This document shows, piece after piece, positions 10,136-17,270 of a stretch of DNA of 64,000 nucleotides. Made by a program: the position numbers and the translations under genes. The stretch is from Candidatus Iainarchaeum sp. GTDB taxonomy: Archaea; Iainarchaeota; Iainarchaeia; Iainarchaeales; GCA-2688035. Positions within the stretch are counted from its first letter, which is position 1; the number at the start of each line of letters is the position of its first letter. The stretch covers positions 32,001 to 96,000 of the forward strand of contig JAFCCL010000003.1 of the NCBI GenBank assembly GCA_017610205.1. The letters run 5' to 3'. The notes under the pieces were generated by a model that saw only the letters and a program-made list of their open reading frames with translations, made no database searches and was not told the origin of the DNA.

Positions 10136-10749
10136 AAAACCTTCTCCGCCTGTTTTTCAACTCTCAGTTCGCTAATCTGCCTTTTCAATAAACTTATGTC
10201 CAAATGTTCTTTAAAAACCTTATAGAGGTATCTTGCGTCTTCAAAATCTTTGTCAGAGCCAAGATTCAACTTGAAGGCTATTTGCAGTTCAATTTCTGAC
10301 ATCCATAATTTTTCTTTTCCAAGAATCACCTGTATTTTATTTTTCAAGGAATAGGCATTGTATTTGCTTTTTGGAAACTTTAATTCAAAGTTTGGAATGA
10401 ACGTGCCTTTTTCTGCAAATCTCAGTGCAAGCTTTTCTTTTAGGTAGTCATTGAAAGCTCTTTCAGGGCTTGTTTCATTGAGGCATTCAAATTCTTCTTT
10501 TTCAAGTGCAACCCAAAATCTTTTGAATTTCTCAAAACTCGTCTCTTCAATGAACAAATCAACATCCTCTGTATTCCTGCTCCTGCCAAAAAGAATTGCA
10601 ATATATCCTGAAATTATCACATAGTCTATTTCAACTTTATCAAGAATTTTTACAAATTTTATTACAAGCTTATCTAAATCAGAGAGTTCCCGCTCAAATT
10701 TAATCTGGCTCTTATTGAATTCAAATTCCATATAAAAAAAGTAAACCAA
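10120..10749 (-). CDS. Nucleotidyltransferase-fold protein (DUF6036-like)
   Basis: YVIISGY..GRSRNTEDVDL and FKL..SDKDFEDA motifs. Confidence 0.8.
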   Translation of the reverse strand: MVYFFYMEFEFNKSQIKFERELSDLDKLVIKFVKILDKVEIDYVIISGYIAILFGRSRNTEDVDLFIEETSFEKFKRFWVALEKEEFECLNETSPERAFNDYLKEKLALRFAEKGTFIPNFELKFPKSKYNAYSLKNKIQVILGKEKLWMSEIELQIAFKLNLGSDKDFEDARYLYKVFKEHLDISLLKRQISELRVEKQAEKVLWKKD

Positions 10750-10783
10750 ACTTAATTTAACTATTTATATGGCTTATACTTAC

Positions 10784-10850
10784 TGCCAATGATAATCTGA
10801 TAATTACACTGAGTGCAGTCAGGGTAATATGGCTTTTTTTTGTTGTTTCA
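10784..10850. repeat. Cassette-boundary palindromic repeat, copy 3
   Basis: TGCCAATGATAATCTGATAATTACACTGA-GTGCAG-TCAGGGTAATATG then T-run. Confidence 0.75.
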
Positions 10851-11120
10851 GAAAAACTGTTTGTACCATTTTTCGTATTCTTTATGTTTTCCAATGAAGT
10901 AAAAGCGAACTTCTTTGTTTTCTTCAAAAGTTCTGTAAATGATTCTGTTTTGGCCTATTTCATCAACAAAGAATTTTGCGCCTTTCTTGAGGTGTCTTTT
11001 TTCTGGAAATTCAATGATTTTTTTTATCTTTTTTGCAACGCGTTCTTTGGTTGTATTTTCTAAACAGTTAAAGTATTCTCGCCATTTTTCGTCAAAGGAT
11101 TCTTTGTAAATGCTAATCAC
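10848..11120 (-). CDS. RelE/ParE-like toxin
   Basis: 90 aa basic; IGQNRIIY..VRFYFIGKHKEY; start overlaps the upstream antitoxin stop. Confidence 0.75.
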   Translation of the reverse strand: MISIYKESFDEKWREYFNCLENTTKERVAKKIKKIIEFPEKRHLKKGAKFFVDEIGQNRIIYRTFEENKEVRFYFIGKHKEYEKWYKQFF

Positions 11121-11359
11121 TTCAAATGCTTTGCGTATTCACCCAGAGCCTGGTCTGCGTTGAGAATTTTTCTCTTGCCTGCTTCAATGTCCTGGTCTAT
11201 TCTGTCAAGTTTTTTGTTGACAAGTTCAGCTTCATTGAAATGCTCTTCTCCAAATTGAACTATTGCCAGTCTTGCAGCTTCGGATTGGGTGTTTGCATAA
11301 CCTTTTTCAACCATGCTCTCTAGTATCTGTTTCGTTCGTCCTCTAAAATCTACATTCAT
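11117..11359 (-). CDS. Ribbon-helix-helix antitoxin
   Basis: ILESMVEKGYANTQSEAARLAI RHH pattern. Confidence 0.75.
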   Translation of the reverse strand: MNVDFRGRTKQILESMVEKGYANTQSEAARLAIVQFGEEHFNEAELVNKKLDRIDQDIEAGKRKILNADQALGEYAKHLK

Positions 11360-11504
11360 ATAAAATCACCTACAAAATACGGTGTGATATATGTATGACA
11401 TATGATTTAAATATGTTTCTATTTGAATCGTGTTTGAACCAGATTTTATCGGTATCTTACCCTGCCATTAACTGCAGTGCCAAATGATGCGTACTTACAA
11501 CTCT

Positions 11505-11577
11505 ATTCTTTAAACCATTTTGGATTATTCTTAATACTTGCCGATGATGATTTGACAATTACACTGAGTGCAAGTCA
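11505..11577. repeat. Cassette-boundary repeat, copy 4 (right arm degenerate)
   Basis: ATTCTTTAAACC...TTGCCGATGATGATTTGACAATTACACTGAGTGCAAGTCA, shared with copies 2 and 3. Confidence 0.7.
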
Positions 11578-11687
11578 AACTCCTATTTTAGGCTTATTTA
11601 TAACGGTTTTTGCATAGTTTGTTTTGCAAAAATCCTTTCCAAATCTTTAAATAATACCTTCTTCTTTATTTTATTTGGTTTTTTTAA

Positions 11688-12968
11688 ATGCCGAACAAAG
11701 CTTACTCTGGATATCTTAATCCAAAATATGTTCCAAAAGCAGATCTTATTGCTGCCTTTTACTTAGAGCCAGCTGCACGCGTTTCGTTTGAAGAAGCGGC
11801 ACAGGCTGTTGCGTCAGAATCAAGCATTGGAACCTGGACAAATCTTGCAACTCTCTCCAAGAAAATGAAGCGCAGGCTTCACGCCAGAGTTTTTTCATTG
11901 AACAAGGGAACAGGAATTGTAAAAATTGCTTACCCCCTTTCCTTGTTTGAAAACGGAAGCATTCCCCAGCTTTTGAGTAGCATTGCAGGCAATATTTTTG
12001 GAATGAAGGAAATCAGAAATCTGAGGCTGCTTGACATAAACTTTCCAAACCGCTACATTCGCTCGTTTAAGGGTCCAGCTTTTGGCATTTCTGGCGTGAG
12101 AAGAACTCTTAAAATTCCAAAAAGGCCTTTGATTGGAACAATTATAAAGCCAAAGCTTGGTTTGAATGAAAGGCAGCATGCAAACACCGCTTTTCAGGCC
12201 TGGCTTGGAGGCTGTGATATTGTAAAAGACGATGAAAATTTGACAAATATGCGTTTTAACCATTTTGACAAAAGGGCAAGGCAAACTTTAAAGCTTAGGG
12301 ACAAGGCTGAAGCAATTTCTGGAGAGCGAAAGGCCTACATGCCAAATGTTACTGCTCCATTTGCAGAAATGGTAAAGCGTGCAAAGTTTGCAAAACAGCT
12401 GGGTTGTGAATATGCAATGGTTGACGTGCTTTCGGTTGGATGGTCTGCTTTGCAGGATTTGAGGGATGAAGATTTGGGTCTAATTCTTCACGCCCACAGA
12501 GCAGGACACGCTGCATTTACCAGTTCAGCAAAACATGGCATTAGCATGCTTGTAATTGCAAAGCTTTGCCGCTTAATTGGAGTGGACCAGCTTCACGTTG
12601 GTGCAATTGTTGGAAAAATGCATGGTGAAAAAAAAGAAGTAAAGGCAATTGGAGAAGAAATTGAGGACACGATTATTTACAAAGGAAAAGGGCACGTGCT
12701 TTCAGAAAACTGGCTTAACCTAAAACCTGTTTTTGCAGTTTGCTCGGGTGGCCTGCACCCTGGAAAAATTCCTGCTTTGGTAAAAGCCATGGGTAATGAC
12801 ATAATTATTCAATTGGGTGGAGGCATTCACGGACATCCTTTGGGAACAAGGCATGGAGCAATTGCCGCAAGACAGGCATTGGATGCAACAGTGGATGGCA
12901 TTTCATTAAAGTATGCGGCAATGAAAGAATTTGAACTGGCACTTGCTTTAAGGAAATGGAAAAATTGA
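11688..12968 (+). CDS. rbcL: Form III ribulose-1,5-bisphosphate carboxylase
   Basis: ASESSIGTW, GTIIKPKLG, GCDIVKDDE, HAHRAGH, SGGLHPG, GGGIHGHP all intact. Confidence 0.96.
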   Translation: MPNKAYSGYLNPKYVPKADLIAAFYLEPAARVSFEEAAQAVASESSIGTWTNLATLSKKMKRRLHARVFSLNKGTGIVKIAYPLSLFENGSIPQLLSSIAGNIFGMKEIRNLRLLDINFPNRYIRSFKGPAFGISGVRRTLKIPKRPLIGTIIKPKLGLNERQHANTAFQAWLGGCDIVKDDENLTNMRFNHFDKRARQTLKLRDKAEAISGERKAYMPNVTAPFAEMVKRAKFAKQLGCEYAMVDVLSVGWSALQDLRDEDLGLILHAHRAGHAAFTSSAKHGISMLVIAKLCRLIGVDQLHVGAIVGKMHGEKKEVKAIGEEIEDTIIYKGKGHVLSENWLNLKPVFAVCSGGLHPGKIPALVKAMGNDIIIQLGGGIHGHPLGTRHGAIAARQALDATVDGISLKYAAMKEFELALALRKWKN

Positions 12969-13060
12969 CATAGAATTCAAAGGAATATTTCAAGTTCCAA
13001 AAACAACAGAAAGCTATTTAATGTCTTTTTACCCCTTTTTTGTTAATTCAGGTGCTGTTT

Positions 13061-13792
13061 TTGGATTGTGAAAAACACTACAATGAAATTGTTGCCTCTG
13101 CAAAAGAGTTTTTCAGCCAGGCTGGCTTTTCAAGAGCCGTTTTGGGCTTAAGCGGGGGTCTTGACAGTTCTTTGACTGCATGCATTCTTACAGAGGCTCT
13201 TGGAAAAGAGAATGTAACCTGCCTTTTAATGTCTGACTCTGAAGTAAACAACAAGCAGGATTTGGATGACGCTGTTAAACTGGCAAAAATCCTTGGAGTT
13301 AAATCAATACAAGTGCCAATTGACAGAATTATTAAAGCAGTTAAAAAAAGTGTTGAGTGGAAGCAGGACAGGGTTTCAAAAATGAATATTACAGCAAGAG
13401 CAAGAATGATTTTATTATACAATTTTGCAAACTGCAACAAGGCACTGGTTGTTGGAACAGGAAACAAAAGCGAATTAATACTTGGCTATTTTACAAAGTT
13501 TGGAGACGGAGCAGCAGACTTTTTTCCATTAAAAAATCTGTTCAAGACCGAAGTTTTTGAGCTTGCAAAATTCAAAGAATTGCCCAAAAGCATTATCAAA
13601 AAAAAGCCAAGTGCAGGTCTGTTTGAAGGGCAGACCGATGAAGGCGAACTTGGAGCAGACTACAAAACAATTGACTCATTTCTTCAGGAATTTGAAAAAG
13701 GAACAGACAAAGAAGAACTTGTTAAAAAATTTGGCAAAAAACTTACAGATTCCCTGCTTCAAAGAATCGGTGCAAGTGAGCACAAACGATAG
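13061..13792 (+). CDS. nadE: NH3-dependent NAD+ synthetase (probable TTG start)
   Basis: LGLSGGLDS, GTGNKSE, GYFTKFGDG, KKPSAGL. Confidence 0.95.
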   Translation: MDCEKHYNEIVASAKEFFSQAGFSRAVLGLSGGLDSSLTACILTEALGKENVTCLLMSDSEVNNKQDLDDAVKLAKILGVKSIQVPIDRIIKAVKKSVEWKQDRVSKMNITARARMILLYNFANCNKALVVGTGNKSELILGYFTKFGDGAADFFPLKNLFKTEVFELAKFKELPKSIIKKKPSAGLFEGQTDEGELGADYKTIDSFLQEFEKGTDKEELVKKFGKKLTDSLLQRIGASEHKR

Positions 13793-13800
13793 GTGAAAAA

Positions 13801-14625
13801 ATGCTTTCCTTGAAAATGAAACAAACTCTGAAACAGATTTTGGCAGAAGATGTTGGCAAAGGCGATATTACAAGTTCTTTGATTCCAACAAAGCAATGCC
13901 GAGCCAAAATCTTTACAAGGGAGCCTTGTGTTGTTGCGGGTTTGGAGGAAGCAAAGTTTTTGTTCAAAAGCAGGGGTGTGAAAGCCACAGGCTCTTTTAA
14001 GGATGGAGACAGGTTAAAAAAGGGCTCTGCTGTTCTTCGATTGCGTGGGTCAAACAAGGCAATTTTTTCAGTTGAAAGAACCGCTTTGAATGTTTTGGGG
14101 AGAATGAGCGAGGTTGCAACAACCTGTGCTGAAGCAAAAAAAATCACCGGTTCAAAGGCAACTGTTGCAATAACAAGAAAAACAATGCCTGGCTTTAATC
14201 TTTTTGACAAAAAGGCTGCAAAAATTGCAGGGGTTTGGCCCCACAGATTAAACCTTGGCGATGCCATTCTCTTGAAGGAAAATCATTTGAAGTTTTTTGC
14301 TTCTCCATCCAAAGCCGTGGAAGCCGCAAAAAAGAAAGCAGGCAAGGCAAACTTTGCTGAAGTTGAAGTTGAGTCCTTAGCAGAGGCTTTTGATGCAGCA
14401 AAGGCAAAGCCAAACATAATAATGCTTGATAATTTTTCTCCTGCAAAGGCAAAATCTGCAATTAAGAAACTCAGGCCTGTGTTCAATGGCAAGATTGAGT
14501 TAAGCGGGGGCATAAATTTGAAAAACTTGAAGAGTTATGCAAAGGCAAAGCCTGATATTATTTCAATGGGCTGTCTTACCTATGCAACAAAGTGGCTGGA
14601 TTTTAGCCTTTTGCTTGAGAAGTGA
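13801..14625 (+). CDS. nadC: Nicotinate-nucleotide pyrophosphorylase (carboxylating)
   Basis: EDVGKGDITS, ERTALN, TRKTMPG, EVEVES, IMLDN, LSGGI. Confidence 0.95.
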   Translation: MLSLKMKQTLKQILAEDVGKGDITSSLIPTKQCRAKIFTREPCVVAGLEEAKFLFKSRGVKATGSFKDGDRLKKGSAVLRLRGSNKAIFSVERTALNVLGRMSEVATTCAEAKKITGSKATVAITRKTMPGFNLFDKKAAKIAGVWPHRLNLGDAILLKENHLKFFASPSKAVEAAKKKAGKANFAEVEVESLAEAFDAAKAKPNIIMLDNFSPAKAKSAIKKLRPVFNGKIELSGGINLKNLKSYAKAKPDIISMGCLTYATKWLDFSLLLEK

Positions 14626-14628
14626 TTT

Positions 14629-15210
14629 TTGATGAGGATTGCTTTGTTTGGAGGAACATTTGACCCTGTACACAACGGTCATGTAAATGCTGCAAAAGAA
14701 ATTTTAAGACAGGGTCTTGTTAACGAAGTCTGGTTTATTCCTGTTTGCTGGCATGCTTTTAAGAAAAACAGCAATGTTTCTTCTCTGGAGCACAGAAAAA
14801 AAATGCTTGAGCTTGCACTTCAAAACGAAAAATGGCTAAAGGTTGTTGATTTGAATGGCAATCCAACTTATACTCTTGATACAATTCTCAATGCAAAGAA
14901 ACGTTTTCCAAACAATGAATTTTTTTGGCTTATGGGAACAAACCTTGTGGAAGAATTTGCATTGTGGAAAAGCCCTGAACAGATTTTAAAAGAGGTAAAA
15001 TTAGTATTGTTTCCTGTTCCTGGTTCAGAGCTTGAAAAAAATTCATTGCTCAACGCAGGCAATTCAATAAGGGTGCAGGCAAAAGAAATTGACTTAAGCA
15101 GTACAATTGTAAAGGAATGGCTTTTGAATGGCAAAAATATCCAAAGCCTTGTTGGAAACCATGTTTTGAATTATATTACTGAAAACAGGCTTTATTCTAT
15201 TAGCAAGTAA
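14629..15210 (+). CDS. nadD: Nicotinate-nucleotide adenylyltransferase, bacterial NadD type
   Basis: LFGGTFDPVHNGH, WLMG, LSSTIVK. Confidence 0.93.
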   Translation: MMRIALFGGTFDPVHNGHVNAAKEILRQGLVNEVWFIPVCWHAFKKNSNVSSLEHRKKMLELALQNEKWLKVVDLNGNPTYTLDTILNAKKRFPNNEFFWLMGTNLVEEFALWKSPEQILKEVKLVLFPVPGSELEKNSLLNAGNSIRVQAKEIDLSSTIVKEWLLNGKNIQSLVGNHVLNYITENRLYSISK

Positions 15211-15215
15211 TTTTT

Positions 15216-15539
15216 TTGGACAACTCTTGGATTAAGTTTAAATGCTTAAAAAGCGTTTTTTATTCAGTTAGAAGGTTTTTTTATGCCAGATTTGCAGGAA
15301 ATATTGGGTCATTAAAAAGAAAGAGAAAACTGATTGCAAAAAAGCGAAAGCATCCTGCAAGTAAAATTAAACTATCGTATGTTACTGAAAGGTTGCCAAC
15401 AAGAGTTGTTAGTAAAAGAAATACTAAAATTTCTCGCGGTACCAAAGTTAGGCGAAGAGCTGGCGAGTCACCTGAAGAACTGATACGCCGGTTTAAAAAA
15501 GCTAGTAAAAGTTATAGGCTGCCAAGATTAAAGCGTTAA
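15216..15539 (+). CDS. Highly basic orphan ORF with a bS21-like C-terminal motif; start uncertain, may be degraded
   Basis: KVRRRAGESPEELIRRFKKAS. Confidence 0.4.
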   Translation: MDNSWIKFKCLKSVFYSVRRFFYARFAGNIGSLKRKRKLIAKKRKHPASKIKLSYVTERLPTRVVSKRNTKISRGTKVRRRAGESPEELIRRFKKASKSYRLPRLKR

Positions 15540-17059
15540 TTTCTATTTTTTCTTGCAACAATGTTCAACATCTTTTCAGTTGCTTTTACTGCTGCCATTA
15601 TTTGGTCTGAGTCAACTCCTATTGTGGAAAAGTTTTTCTCTTCATTTTCCCATGTAATAATTGTTTCAACAAGAGCATCTGTTTTTCCACCTGGGGGAAT
15701 TTTTACCTCATAGTTTGCCAGTACTGGTAGTTTTATTCCTGCTTTTTTGCTTACTTTTGTCAAAGCGTTCATAAAAGCATTGTAACCTCCGTCTCCGACA
15801 GCACTTTCACTGAACTTGTTGCTATTGGCTTCAAGTGTGAACGAAGCACTTGGCTTTATGCCTGTGCCTGAATAAACTTTGCAGTTAACAATTTTGTAAA
15901 AGCTTTTTTCAGGTGTACCAAGAAGATCTGATACAATGAATGGAAGGTCTTCAACTGTCACTGTATTTTTCTTGTCTCCAAGTTCAATAATTCTTTTTAG
16001 TAATTTTTTCTTTTCTTCTTTGCCAAGGCTTAATCCGAGCTTTTCAAGGTTTTGGTCAATGCTTGCTTTTCCGCTTAGTTTTCCAAGAGCATACTGTCTT
16101 TCTTTTCCAAATCTTTCTGGTTTGAGTTCGCTTTCATAAAGTCCTGCTTTTTTGTCTCCGTCTGCATGAATGCCTGCAGTTTGAGTAAAAACATTATCTC
16201 CTGTAATTGGTTTGTTTGCAGAAATTCTTTTTCCTGAAAATGCTTCAACAATTTTGCTTGCTTTTGAAAGCATTTTTTCATCAATATTGCAGCCAAATTC
16301 TGTCTTGTCGTTTAATACAACTGCTAATTCGTCAAGTGGTGTGTTTCCAGCTCGTTCTCCAAGACCGTTTACTGTTGCATGTACTGTGGCACATCCTGCT
16401 TTTACTGCGACCAAACTGTTTGCAACTGCAAGACCATAATCATTGTGTGCGTGAAATTCAAATGCAATATCCGGAAAGTTTGTTACCATTTCTCCAACAA
16501 GCGTTTTTGTTTCTTCTGGTGTTAAAATGCCAAGTGTATCACAAAGGCTTGCTCTTTTTACGCCTTTTTCTTTTGCGGTTTCAACAAGTTGTTTTACAAA
16601 TTCTTTGTTTTCAAACATTCCACTGCTCCAGATTTCTATTCCAAGATTAATTTTCAAACCCTTGCTTTTTGCATAATCTATTGTTTTGCCAAGTTCTTCC
16701 AAATGCAGTTCAGGGCTTTTTTTCAGTTGTTCTTTTATATGAAGCAGGCTTCCTTTTGCAAGAAGCCACATTGTTTCAACTCCTGCTTCAACAGCCCAGT
16801 CAACACTTTTGTTGCTGTCAACAAAGCCGAGAACGCTTAGCTTTTCAAGAAACCCGTTTTCTTTTGCCCATTTGGAAATTTTTTGAACTGCTTCAAGTTC
16901 TCCTTTACTGACTCTTGTGCTGGCAACTTCAATCCAGTCAACTTTTACTTCTGAAAGCAGTATTTTTGCAATGCTGAGTTTTTCTTTTGGAGTAAATGAA
17001 ACTCCCTGGGTTTGTTCTCCATCCCTTAAAGTGGTGTCAAGAATTGTTATTTTTTTCAT
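15536..17059 (-). CDS. cimA: (R)-citramalate synthase, Leptospira/Bacteroidetes-like LeuA/CimA family with C-terminal allosteric domain
   Basis: DTTLRDGEQ, IEVASTRVSKGE, LGFVD, HAHND, NGLGERAGN, IPPGGKTDALV; GGAGG SD before ATG 17059. Confidence 0.88.
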   Translation of the reverse strand: MKKITILDTTLRDGEQTQGVSFTPKEKLSIAKILLSEVKVDWIEVASTRVSKGELEAVQKISKWAKENGFLEKLSVLGFVDSNKSVDWAVEAGVETMWLLAKGSLLHIKEQLKKSPELHLEELGKTIDYAKSKGLKINLGIEIWSSGMFENKEFVKQLVETAKEKGVKRASLCDTLGILTPEETKTLVGEMVTNFPDIAFEFHAHNDYGLAVANSLVAVKAGCATVHATVNGLGERAGNTPLDELAVVLNDKTEFGCNIDEKMLSKASKIVEAFSGKRISANKPITGDNVFTQTAGIHADGDKKAGLYESELKPERFGKERQYALGKLSGKASIDQNLEKLGLSLGKEEKKKLLKRIIELGDKKNTVTVEDLPFIVSDLLGTPEKSFYKIVNCKVYSGTGIKPSASFTLEANSNKFSESAVGDGGYNAFMNALTKVSKKAGIKLPVLANYEVKIPPGGKTDALVETIITWENEEKNFSTIGVDSDQIMAAVKATEKMLNIVARKNRN

Positions 17060-17136
17060 GACTTTGCCTCCTTTCAAAAAGTGTTTTATTGCTTAAATTG
17101 GTTAAAGGGTTAAAATTAGTTAAAATTAGAAAAAAG

Positions 17137-17172
17137 TTATAGTAGAATCCGTAAATTCCTTCTTAGAGTCAT
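17137..17172 (-). CDS. Putative cimA leader peptide MTLRRNLRILL
   Basis: ATG ACT CTA AGA AGG AAT TTA CGG ATT CTA CTA TAA, followed by CTTTTTT. Confidence 0.6.
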   Translation of the reverse strand: MTLRRNLRILL

Positions 17173-17194
17173 AATAACTATTGCGTATTTGAAG

Positions 17195-17202
17195 TTTTTA
17201 AA
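17195..17202 (-). promoter_or_regulatory. TATA box of the leader-cimA transcript
   Basis: TTTAAAAA on the minus strand, 22 nt before the leader ATG (leaderless spacing). Confidence 0.6.
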
Positions 17203-17270
17203 TCTAAGCCTTTTTTTGGGCAATTTTCGTGCTAAAACCCTTTTAATCTTTTTCAATCCCAATTAATGCT

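Noticed and set aside
9101-11577. Canonical integron attC array
   Set aside because: No RYYYAAC/GTTRRRY ends or long attC-type hairpin, cassettes point in both directions, and no IntI in the window
11688-12968. RuBisCO-like protein (form IV) or Calvin cycle
   Set aside because: Catalytic motifs are intact as in form III; no small subunit or phosphoribulokinase in the window
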